From: a virus | Taxonomy: Duplodnaviria; Caudoviricetes | IMG/VR virus record: IMGVR_UViG_3300032136_000005 | Location: 1 to 61,608 of that record | Strand: one strand, 5' to 3' | Length of the DNA stretch: 61,608 bases | Shown here: positions 53,168-61,608 of the stretch, in pieces | How the letters are laid out: the number at the start of each line of letters is the position of its first letter | Position numbering within the stretch: the first letter of the stretch is position 1 | Translations under genes and position numbers: made by a program | Notes under the pieces: model-generated | What the model saw: only the letters and a program-made list of their open reading frames with translations | Database searches by the model: none | What the model was told of the DNA's origin: nothing

Positions 53168-55219
53168 TTATTTGTCTCGCCAGATACCGAAAGTCTTAAA
53201 CGTTCCTAGTGGCGCATTTGCTCCGGCCGGGTTTCCGAGGTCGATGTAATATTGGATGTCACGATTATCGCCATAGGCCGCGTTGTATAGATCCTGGTGT
53301 GTCGTCCTAATGTCTTGGCCACCACTTGATCTCACGTTCACGATGTCGACCATATAGCCATTGAAGACATTGGTTGCGATAGCCCAATGCCCTTTCGGGT
53401 GAGGGGATATCGAAAGAGTCGGAGCCGTGTCGAGTATCTCGTGATACCCACTGCTCCAGAGCTCCAGCTTTGCCCTGTCTGCAACCACGAAGCCAGTGGT
53501 ATTCCACAGTGGAATATCCAGGCCTGCCTCTAGGCTCTGGTCGACTAACTCTCCGTAGGCATACAGAGAGTGCCCAAAGTAGGTCTCTGTAAGCAGATCA
53601 TTTGACCCCTGATGGGTTTGCAGCCAAGACAAGCTCCGGAGGTTCATCGCGGCGACACTGGCAACGTAATATTTCTGGTTTCCAGCATAGGTGCGAAACG
53701 TGTCTGGGTAGCCGCTAAAGTCGGCAATGGCGTCCCCGGTCACATCAACTCCCTGAAGCGCCCCCGTTGAAAATTCCATTTCTGCTGGCGCGTGCGTAAT
53801 GATTCGGTTCGTTTCCACCCAAACTGGCGGTATGTTCGGATCGGGATCGTCGTACCATGCCTCGATTACCAGCGCGGACTTCACAACCCCATTGAAATCG
53901 TCCGGCCAATAGGTGCCTGTCGTATACCTGAAGTAGTCTCCTCCTTCGATCCACATATCCATCGATAGCGCAACAAGGGTGTCTTCCCCATAGGGGAGAC
54001 GCGCATCATTGAACAGATAGTCAGCGTCTACGAAATAACGACCAGTGTCGCTGAACTGCTCATCCCGGATAACTGTGACCGATGGAGTCCAGACTCCAGT
54101 AATCTCGTTTACCGTGATGCTTATCTCGACCTCGATTAGGCCCGGAGAATCCTCATAGCATGCTTGTATCCACCCTGGGGCTGATGCTGCTGTCACCCTC
54201 CAAAATCCGAATGCCGAATCCTTGAAAACGGTTTCACCGCTCCTTGTGAGAGGCGGCGTGAACTGCTCATAAGGACAGCAGGCGGCGCGTGTACCCTTGC
54301 TGTTGAAGTTCCAGAGCGCCAGGCCGTTACCTGGAGAGACCCAGCTTGGATAGGTTGGCGATACAGTTTTGACCAACCCTGACGGAACATAGATGTCGCC
54401 ATAATTTCCGGCCGGCCAGAAATGAAAATTCCCGGAGGCGTCCGTCATTATGAAATAGTCGACGCCATTGACCGTCTGGACGCAGGCCCGGCGCCACCAG
54501 TCGGGACTCGACAGCAACGGGGCGCCATGAGCAAGGGCATTGCTTCCCTTGGCGCTATAGAGGGACGGCCTCAGATCCCACCCGGTATCCTCAACCAGAT
54601 TCTTTGAAATGAACCCGGCTGCATAGTTCATGCGCGACAGTTTGCCGACGCTGCTGTACCCAGGAACCGCACCAGCCGCAGAAGTAACGAAACGCTCACC
54701 GTTATTGTTTGGCCACCACACATACTCCCAAGCACGTTGGTTTTGCCACGCATAGGGAGTGCGCATCAAATCTTCGCCGTCAATGTCATCGCAGGGAAAG
54801 ACAGGCCAGGGAGCTTCAGGCGGTGTTGAGCACGTTCCGCAAAGCTCAACGAGGGCGCGATTGCTGTGCGACCTACCGATTTTCGTAAATTTGTGGTTTG
54901 ACCCTCGCCCACAAACAAACACGTCTCCAGATCCATCGAATGGCGGACTCCCAAGAAACGCGGTATAGATTCCCTCGGACGTGAAGAATTCGTATTCTGG
55001 GCCACCAGATTCCGTATAGATGATGATCTTGTGCCGATTCTTCGCAATCTTCAGGACTGCCCACCCATCCCGAAAGATCAGCTTGTAGGACATCGTGGCT
55101 AAATTCGGGACGCGCTTGCGGAAATCTTCGACCTTGGCACGACATTCCCGGACATGCCTGGCCGATAGCCCCTGATCCCCCAAGAGGATCAGGTTCTCTT
55201 GGTGAGGAATCCTGCTCAT
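53168..55219 (-). CDS. Putative tail protein
   Basis: 683-aa aromatic/beta-rich ORF in tail block. Confidence 0.6.
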   Translation of the reverse strand: MSRIPHQENLILLGDQGLSARHVRECRAKVEDFRKRVPNLATMSYKLIFRDGWAVLKIAKNRHKIIIYTESGGPEYEFFTSEGIYTAFLGSPPFDGSGDVFVCGRGSNHKFTKIGRSHSNRALVELCGTCSTPPEAPWPVFPCDDIDGEDLMRTPYAWQNQRAWEYVWWPNNNGERFVTSAAGAVPGYSSVGKLSRMNYAAGFISKNLVEDTGWDLRPSLYSAKGSNALAHGAPLLSSPDWWRRACVQTVNGVDYFIMTDASGNFHFWPAGNYGDIYVPSGLVKTVSPTYPSWVSPGNGLALWNFNSKGTRAACCPYEQFTPPLTRSGETVFKDSAFGFWRVTAASAPGWIQACYEDSPGLIEVEISITVNEITGVWTPSVTVIRDEQFSDTGRYFVDADYLFNDARLPYGEDTLVALSMDMWIEGGDYFRYTTGTYWPDDFNGVVKSALVIEAWYDDPDPNIPPVWVETNRIITHAPAEMEFSTGALQGVDVTGDAIADFSGYPDTFRTYAGNQKYYVASVAAMNLRSLSWLQTHQGSNDLLTETYFGHSLYAYGELVDQSLEAGLDIPLWNTTGFVVADRAKLELWSSGYHEILDTAPTLSISPHPKGHWAIATNVFNGYMVDIVNVRSSGGQDIRTTHQDLYNAAYGDNRDIQYYIDLGNPAGANAPLGTFKTFGIWRDK

Positions 55220-56442
55220 ATCTGGCCGTGCTGGTACCTGTATGGGTTGTCCGCCTCGTTTGCCTTGCTCGCGCGGACCCTGGTGAGTGTCACGACACGC
55301 TCAAACCCGCAGCTACGCACAATGCCAACGGCGCATCGGTCTCCAGGGGGAACAGATACGCGGCTGTCCGTCAGGTTCTCGAACGGAAGAGCTCGACACA
55401 GGCCTCGGGTAGTCCAGAAATAAACCACTCCATTGTCATCAAAGGCGAGTGACTGGCCGGGGATCACGCCATAGTCGGCAAGCTCATTCAGGCCCTCGTC
55501 CAAGCTGTTGACCAGAATTCGGCGATCAGTTCCAACCAGTAGCCCAGCGCGCTCCATGTCGGCCAGTGCCGTGACCTTCCCGGGCGTGATGAAGTCGTAG
55601 GTTCCGAAGTGGAATATGTGCGGCCAGTAAGGGTCTGATGCGACGACCATGCCCGTCCCGTCACTCATCCCGTCGATGCCTTTCCACAGCCGGCCGCCAC
55701 TCCAGGCGATCGGACCACCCGCCGGCGGCACCTGGCCGTCGTACTGCTGCTCTTCCATGACCGCGCCAAGCTGGTCAATGTCGTGCACCACCTGGGCGGC
55801 ATGGCGCAGCGCATCGTCGTTCATGCGCGACACGAAATACCGCGGCGTATAGCCCGCCGGGATATCGGGTAGGTAAAACTGCAGGCCGGCCCCATCTGAA
55901 AGGGCGGTTATGGCTACGATTTCACAGGCCGGCCCCTGGCGCCCGCGAGGATCCTCAAGAGCCATCGTTGCCAGGTAGCGGCCCGCCGGAAGGTTCCCGG
56001 ACACGATAGAGATCAGCGGCGGGATCGGGATCGGGATCGCCATCGAGTAGGCTTCACCGCCATCAATTACCAGGTCGCCGCTCTCGTTCGAGACGTATAC
56101 CCGCTCTCCATCAGTTGCCCAATGGGTCTCATTGTCAGACAGGTTGTTGGCCAGTGCGATCAAGCCCAGGGCGGATCCAGACACCTCATACAGGGTGCCT
56201 GATATCACCAGGAACAGACGCGACTCGTCTGGGGTTGCCCAGGCTGCCGTGAGGCCTGGCATATCGATAACCTTGCGCGAATCTCGGCGCCGGCGGATCC
56301 GCTGGCGATCGTCGATGTCGATATTATCGGCTTGGGTAAGCTCTCCCGGGCGCATTGCCCTGGGCTCCGCTTTGTTGTTCAAGCCCATAAACTGGTTGAT
56401 TGGGAGGCGGGGTTCGCTGTACTTGTCGTTGCGGCTTGCCAT
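55216..56442 (-). CDS. Tail nozzle/stabilisation-like protein
   Basis: F.GLNN...P..M....L.QA.NIDID; beta-propeller-like composition. Confidence 0.6.
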   Translation of the reverse strand: MASRNDKYSEPRLPINQFMGLNNKAEPRAMRPGELTQADNIDIDDRQRIRRRRDSRKVIDMPGLTAAWATPDESRLFLVISGTLYEVSGSALGLIALANNLSDNETHWATDGERVYVSNESGDLVIDGGEAYSMAIPIPIPPLISIVSGNLPAGRYLATMALEDPRGRQGPACEIVAITALSDGAGLQFYLPDIPAGYTPRYFVSRMNDDALRHAAQVVHDIDQLGAVMEEQQYDGQVPPAGGPIAWSGGRLWKGIDGMSDGTGMVVASDPYWPHIFHFGTYDFITPGKVTALADMERAGLLVGTDRRILVNSLDEGLNELADYGVIPGQSLAFDDNGVVYFWTTRGLCRALPFENLTDSRVSVPPGDRCAVGIVRSCGFERVVTLTRVRASKANEADNPYRYQHGQI

Positions 56443-56445
56443 CGA

Positions 56446-57141
56446 TCAGAACCAGTGCGCGCGGCTTCGAGAGGCCCTGGATGCGCGCCGCTTGTGATTG
56501 AGACGCTGCGCTGTTGGGCGCTGCCCAAAAAACGCAGTGAATTTCTGGGCGTGTTCGTTTGCCCTGCCCTCGTTATAGGTGTCTTCATCGTGGCGGTTGT
56601 AGGCCAAGTGGTACACCCAATCCAGCATCGGGAAGTGGTCGTGAGGCGGTATCTCCAGAGAGCTCTCACCATCGTCAACAGTAATAGTGGCCTTTGGCTC
56701 CCGCTGAACCGTCAGGGCAAGCGTGGTGTCCTCGATGGGTTCGCGGCTCAGGGTAAGCACGTATTCCTGCTCATCGGTGGTAAAGCTGGTCGACACGCCC
56801 TGGCGCTGATGCCAATTCGGATCTCGCTCGAACAATTCGGCGCTGGTTTTATGGTCGAGCGGGTATCTCTGGCCAGCAAGCCTGGCTGACTTTATCCATA
56901 GGATCCTCTTGTCGAGTGGATAATCGCGCTGGCCGGCTTTGACATTTATGGTGCAGATCGATGCGGTAGTCTTATCGATCAGCAGTTCAGAGCGGATGCA
57001 GGCTTCGCGCTGGGCGCGATCCATATAATCGATCAGGGTTGCTGTTTTCCAGCGGCAGTCCGCATCGCTGCCAAGCTCGTCAAGCGGATCATCCAAGTCG
57101 GACCGAACCACGGCCAGCAGCTCGTTGATGGTTTTCGCCAT
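56446..57141 (-). CDS. Head-tail adaptor (DUF6682-like)
   Basis: R.DL.D, A.REAC.R..L, H...L.W....AY...D.DT....RA......F..FG. Confidence 0.7.
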   Translation of the reverse strand: MAKTINELLAVVRSDLDDPLDELGSDADCRWKTATLIDYMDRAQREACIRSELLIDKTTASICTINVKAGQRDYPLDKRILWIKSARLAGQRYPLDHKTSAELFERDPNWHQRQGVSTSFTTDEQEYVLTLSREPIEDTTLALTVQREPKATITVDDGESSLEIPPHDHFPMLDWVYHLAYNRHDEDTYNEGRANEHAQKFTAFFGQRPTAQRLNHKRRASRASRSRAHWF

Positions 57142-57173
57142 GATTGGTCCTCGTTACCTTGGGTTGATCGTGT

Positions 57174-58463
57174 TTACGGGACGCATGACCCCGCCTTGCT
57201 GTTGGGAGAAATTACGGAGGAGTGCACAGGACGAACAACGATCGATGAGTTCGTTTTCCTGCAGACGGTCGATGATGGATTGGTCCATCCTGCTGCAGCA
57301 ACATTGAAGCTACCGGCCTGGCCGACTCCGGACCCAGCTCCAGAATACCCGGTAGCGATGAAATCAGTTGCCAGGCTGCCTGGATATCCAACCCCATCGC
57401 CAATTGATGCCTCGCCAGGACCGCTGAAGGACGTTCCAGCAAGGAGCGTTCCATCCTGCCCAGATCCAGATCCCGCGCCAGGCTGGCCAGATCCAGAAAA
57501 ATCGATACTGGTCGATGTGGACAAGGTGCCAACATGCCCGGTCCCAGCTCCAGCTCCGCCAACTCCCTGATCCGCAAAGTCAGCAGCCAATGACCCAGAC
57601 TGCCCGGCACCCAATCCAGCCCCAGCGTCTCCGAGGCCAGAAAATCCTCCTGCCGTGTCCAGTGTTCCTGTCTGCCCAACTCCGGAGCCGACGCCAGCGG
57701 TTCCTGAGCCAGAAAAGTCTATGCTCGATGTGACCTGAAGCGTTCCGACTTTTCCGGATCCAGAGCCGGCGCCAGCGGTTCCTGAGACAATGAAATCGGC
57801 AGCCAGCGACCCGGTATATCCAACCCCTGCGCCAACCCCAGCAAGCCCTGATCCTGAGAAGTGCACGGCATCGGTAAGCTCAAGGGTGCCTACCTGGCCT
57901 GCGCCAGATCCCGCTCCTGCCGCGCCTGCTCCAAGGAAGTCAGTAACGATGGACCCGGAATAACCTGCTCCAGACCCATTGCTATTGACACCCGCATCGA
58001 TGAAGTCGGCTGCAAGGGTGCCCTGGTGCCCAACCCCTCCTCCAAGCTCGTGCGAGCCCTCACCGACAAAGGCAGCGGTCAGCGTACCGCCGTAGCCAAT
58101 GCCGTCGCCTACCTCAGCAGTTCCTACGCCGACAAAATCCGCGGTCAGCGTACCAGTCTGGCCAGCTCCCGCGCCTACCCCCGCCGCTCCAACCCCGCTG
58201 AAATCAACCGACGCTGAAAGCGTGCTCCACGCCCCGCTGACTATGACATTAGACGTATCAACCCCGTCATCCCAAACCGCTGCAAGTTTGTAACTCGTGC
58301 TCGCGGTCAGCCCGGTGATCGCAGTGCCGTCGAAATCTACCGTCGTACTGGCTGGCGCTGTATCGCTGCCGAAAATGCCGTTGCTGACAGTCCCGTTGAT
58401 GATCTCCGAAGCGGTTGGATCGCCCTGCGCAGACGGGTAGACGGCCCAATAGATCGTAGCCAT
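57174..58463 (-). CDS. Gly-rich repeat virion protein
   Basis: About 13 repeats of DF.G.G.AG.G.G.G..G.L. Confidence 0.7.
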   Translation of the reverse strand: MATIYWAVYPSAQGDPTASEIINGTVSNGIFGSDTAPASTTVDFDGTAITGLTASTSYKLAAVWDDGVDTSNVIVSGAWSTLSASVDFSGVGAAGVGAGAGQTGTLTADFVGVGTAEVGDGIGYGGTLTAAFVGEGSHELGGGVGHQGTLAADFIDAGVNSNGSGAGYSGSIVTDFLGAGAAGAGSGAGQVGTLELTDAVHFSGSGLAGVGAGVGYTGSLAADFIVSGTAGAGSGSGKVGTLQVTSSIDFSGSGTAGVGSGVGQTGTLDTAGGFSGLGDAGAGLGAGQSGSLAADFADQGVGGAGAGTGHVGTLSTSTSIDFSGSGQPGAGSGSGQDGTLLAGTSFSGPGEASIGDGVGYPGSLATDFIATGYSGAGSGVGQAGSFNVAAAGWTNPSSTVCRKTNSSIVVRPVHSSVISPNSKAGSCVP

Positions 58464-59302
58464 TAGAAAGTCACCGTGATGCGCGGAGTGACGCTATTCT
58501 GGGTTATCGACTCAGCGGATATGGCGCTGAGCGTTGGAACACCACCAGCCGCTTCAACACCAACAATATGTGCTGACTTTCTTGTATCAACAAACAGCCT
58601 GCTTACATCACCTGTCTGAATAATGTCCCGCATCTCAACCGCGCGGACCGCCTTTCGAGTGAAGATCAGGCCGTATATTTCAATGGGATCACCGGCATTG
58701 CCTACAGTGATAGCACCCACGTTTGCAGCATTAGGGGATGCGGATCTTTGAAAGGTTTCGAAATATCCGGTTGAGACGTTCTTGATGAAAAAGTCTACGG
58801 TAGCACCATCAAACACTGCACCGACGAGGATTCTGTCCCCCTCTGTAAATTTGGCTGATGTCTGGATAGTGGTCATCCCACTACCAGCAAAATCAAACGT
58901 TAAATATTTCGCATTTGTCAGAAAATACAGATTAACATTTTCACCACTACCCCCATACCGCACAATGTTGTACGCACCTGCGGCGGCAGGATCGGACTGA
59001 TAATCACAGACAAACGTAAACTCGTTCGATGGCAATCGAGCCACTTCTGAGGCATAGCCAGCCGAGCCGCTATAGCGAGTCTTGTCTCCCTTCAGCGAAG
59101 CATCGCTATCAGATGTTGTCGAGATATCAGGGTCAATGGCAGAAATGAACTTTTCACTTCCGCCAATATGATAAAACCACGCACCTTCAGTAGCCTTATC
59201 TACCAGCCTAACGGAACCCCTGGGCCAGACATACCGATTGATCGGTCGTCCATACCCACCGGGGTTGAACCGAGATCGAGGAAGGTGGAACTTTTTTGCC
59301 AT
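58463..59302 (-). CDS. LamG/concanavalin-like domain protein
   Basis: FTFVC, GAVFDGATVDFFI, ITVGN, IYG.IFT.KA. Confidence 0.6.
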   Translation of the reverse strand: MAKKFHLPRSRFNPGGYGRPINRYVWPRGSVRLVDKATEGAWFYHIGGSEKFISAIDPDISTTSDSDASLKGDKTRYSGSAGYASEVARLPSNEFTFVCDYQSDPAAAGAYNIVRYGGSGENVNLYFLTNAKYLTFDFAGSGMTTIQTSAKFTEGDRILVGAVFDGATVDFFIKNVSTGYFETFQRSASPNAANVGAITVGNAGDPIEIYGLIFTRKAVRAVEMRDIIQTGDVSRLFVDTRKSAHIVGVEAAGGVPTLSAISAESITQNSVTPRITVTF

Positions 59303-59769
59303 TACGCTTTTGAGTTGCTATAGATCGGGGTTGCGCGCAATGCCCATCCAGACGATATGCCAACAGTTCCAGCACCACCGTCTTTCCAGTACAGAAAATA
59401 ATCCCCACCGCTGAAGTTCACTCGGCAAACCGTTGTCAGTTTCTGAGCAGCCGCATTATCCGGTTTGATCGAGAATCCCCCGATCTGATCGAACAGGTAA
59501 GTTGTCGTTGGAGTTGGCGCGCTCGCCGAGTCGCTGTTGATCTTCCGCTCAAGGATCGTGATAAACGCGCCAGCTGTAGGTGTGCCGGTAAACGGCGTTG
59601 CTGCTAAGTCTATTTCAAATACAGCGAACTCTGCACCGTCAACATCAGCAAGCAGGAGATTGTCGTCATCCGCTTGTGACACTGCACCATTGGAGATCGC
59701 AGCACCGGATGCCTCCAGGACGATTTCTGTCCCGAGATTTAGTATGGTTGAACCTGATGGAGCGGCCAT
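59302..59769 (-). CDS. Putative virion structural protein
   Basis: Coupled beta-rich ORF. Confidence 0.6.
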   Translation of the reverse strand: MAAPSGSTILNLGTEIVLEASGAAISNGAVSQADDDNLLLADVDGAEFAVFEIDLAATPFTGTPTAGAFITILERKINSDSASAPTPTTTYLFDQIGGFSIKPDNAAAQKLTTVCRVNFSGGDYFLYWKDGGAGTVGISSGWALRATPIYSNSKA

Positions 59770-59771
59770 GA

Positions 59772-60086
59772 TTATACTCCGTACAGCTTATCGACTGCTG
59801 TGCTGACGTAGGTGGTGATGTCTGCTTCGTCTGCACCCAAGATTGCTGATACTGGTGCGTTTTCAAAAGCATTATCCACCAGACCAATCACCGCGAACAC
59901 GATCTGATTTGCCACAGATTGCGGTCCTGCCAGTGTTGACTTAGCCCATTCTTTCGCCCCATCACCTGGGGAAGCAGAAGTAATGATCGCGGCTGCTTTC
60001 TTCACACAGGCTGATTCTATCTGCCCGACAAACGCTCCCCACCCAGGGTTCGAAGGTAACGCTCGGATCTCTAACAATGTTGCCAT
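59772..60086 (-). CDS. Hypothetical protein
   Basis: AGGAG RBS, 104 aa. Confidence 0.6.
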   Translation of the reverse strand: MATLLEIRALPSNPGWGAFVGQIESACVKKAAAIITSASPGDGAKEWAKSTLAGPQSVANQIVFAVIGLVDNAFENAPVSAILGADEADITTYVSTAVDKLYGV

Positions 60087-60123
60087 CTAATTTTCTCCTA
60101 AATCCAAAACCACCCTGAAGTTG

Positions 60124-61470
60124 TTAGCGCCAGGCGTCTGTAGGCGTAACATCTACACCATCTACGATAATTTGCGGATGGCTATAGTAATTCTCGTTGA
60201 TGCACGAGACGCCATCCGTCTCGCCCTTGCACCAGCTCTGCGCCAACCCTGTACGCTGTAGAACCTCAAAATCGCCAGTCACGTTTTCGAAAACAATGCG
60301 CGCCTTCTGTTTCCAACCTTGAGGAACGGCAAGCGGAAATCCCTGAACGATGCCAGATCCTGTTGTATTCAGCTTCTTTGCTTTGTACTCATCGGTCATC
60401 AGGTTTAGCGTAGGAGCCCATGTCGGACCGGCATATTCAAGAAGGGTATCCCAATCCTGAAACGCATTAGCTTTCCACCATTTATACAATGCTTCTGACT
60501 GACCCAGAGTGCCGTAGGGATAGCTGCTCCGCACCATCCAGCCATAGCAAGGCGGCTCTCCGTAGCATTTCAGGGTCATGTCCTTGACCACCGTTTCTAT
60601 CATCGGGAAATCCCAAGATTTCGGGTCGTTGTACTCTTCCGTACCCCACACAAGCGGCTTATAGTGGTCGCCATCCAGCCTACGCTGCAATGTCTGAATC
60701 GCTGGCCTCGCACGGAAAGTGGCAGCGTGATATGCGGAATTGGCATTCCTACGTGTGTAAACAACTCGGTTGCCCTCAAATAGAGTCTCCCCGTTCACGT
60801 AGATATCTATCGGCGGCGAACCTCCAATGGTCTGCCCCTTATCATTCTGCACCACCGTGCCGTCGCACTGAGCATTACAGATCAAGTTGTCTTTGATGAT
60901 GGCGCGTTGCGCAATCGACCGGAGAGCATGACCAGAGCCAGCGGATTCGATCCGATTGCGCTGGATATTGGCGTATGCCGCGTTGTCGATATAAAGGCCA
61001 TGCTGGCTATTACCACGCCATAAGGTGGAGTCGAGGACCTCAACGTACAGATGGACAGCCGACGGCGAAGTAATCAGCGCATGTCCTGTCCACCCTTCAA
61101 GCTCTACATTATGAGCAATAATGAAGTGCTTATTGTTGGGGGAGCCAATGCCACGCATACGGACATTTTCAACGAAGACGCCACCTGGCTGAAGGTCGCC
61201 ATGATAGGCAACTGTTGACCCCATACTGATAAATGGCTTTGTACCGTCTGGTTTGGTAACGCCCTGCACATGCACACAGCCTGAAAGATTTTTCAGGTTC
61301 ATGTTCTCGCCAGACTCAGCCATATCTTCGGTGATTACAAGTTCATGATCCCAGGAACCCACCTCGCCGCACATGTCGATAAAGCGACTCCAAGCATCTT
61401 CCGGTGACTCATAGGCAGGTTGCGGGTATGCCGCATACTTACCATTGCTTCCCGCGACCATGTCGGTAAG
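60124..61470 (-). CDS. C-terminal part of junction-spanning protein; right-handed beta-helix (pectin-lyase-like) candidate
   Basis: HGLYIDN, IQRNRIE, GHALRSIA....IKDN.I, FEGNRV; in frame with 1..1707. Confidence 0.8.
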   Translation of the reverse strand, partial: LTDMVAGSNGKYAAYPQPAYESPEDAWSRFIDMCGEVGSWDHELVITEDMAESGENMNLKNLSGCVHVQGVTKPDGTKPFISMGSTVAYHGDLQPGGVFVENVRMRGIGSPNNKHFIIAHNVELEGWTGHALITSPSAVHLYVEVLDSTLWRGNSQHGLYIDNAAYANIQRNRIESAGSGHALRSIAQRAIIKDNLICNAQCDGTVVQNDKGQTIGGSPPIDIYVNGETLFEGNRVVYTRRNANSAYHAATFRARPAIQTLQRRLDGDHYKPLVWGTEEYNDPKSWDFPMIETVVKDMTLKCYGEPPCYGWMVRSSYPYGTLGQSEALYKWWKANAFQDWDTLLEYAGPTWAPTLNLMTDEYKAKKLNTTGSGIVQGFPLAVPQGWKQKARIVFENVTGDFEVLQRTGLAQSWCKGETDGVSCINENYYSHPQIIVDGVDVTPTDAWR

Positions 61471-61608
61471 CGGCTTTAGATAGGTGTACGCTGTCGGATC
61501 GACCACGGGGTCAGGATCGACCACGGGGTCAGGATCGACCACGGGGTCAGGATCGACCACGGGGTCAGGATCGACCACGGGGTCAGGATCGACCACGGGG
61601 TCAGGATC

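Noticed and set aside
1-61608. Diversity-generating retroelement, retron, tRNA, DNA or RNA polymerase genes
   Set aside because: No reverse transcriptase motifs, TR/VR pair, cloverleaf or polymerase motifs recognised by eye; tRNAscan and HMM searches would be needed to exclude them fully

Overview
The window is an essentially complete ~61.5 kb tailed-phage genome. Bases 1-126 repeat exactly at 61471-61596, so the contig closes into a circle. Gene content and order resemble Bcep22-like podoviruses. A long leftward late operon begins at a sigma70-like promoter and terminator near 13.0-13.1 kb. It runs TerS, TerL, P22-type portal, scaffold, N4-gp56-type major capsid, decoration protein and lysis genes, then crosses the junction into tail/adhesin genes, an adaptor, ejection proteins and a 4676-aa polyvalent protein (SF2 helicase, N6-MTase, JAB, zincin-like, ART), ending in Acb2. 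A leftward early arm carries RecE/Bet-like recombination genes, a tandem CsrA, DUF4224, a PEP-CTERM protein and an integrase-like ORF lacking catalytic residues. A rightward arm carries Cro-like, O/P-like replication, RusA-like and Q-like genes plus a lower-GC array of small genes. Most notable: (1) a possible phage post-transcriptional control layer made of a single-chain two-domain CsrA, a hidden 55-aa CsrA-fold gene before a structured capsid leader, and a promoter/terminator-bounded ~90-nt sRNA with an anti-SD-like tract; (2) an intact but catalytically dead integrase with no CI; (3) an anti-defence block; (4) two host-surface-targeted proteins, one a ~1017-aa signal-peptide protein spanning the junction and missed by the ORF track. 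All family calls come from motif recognition by eye; no searches were run.
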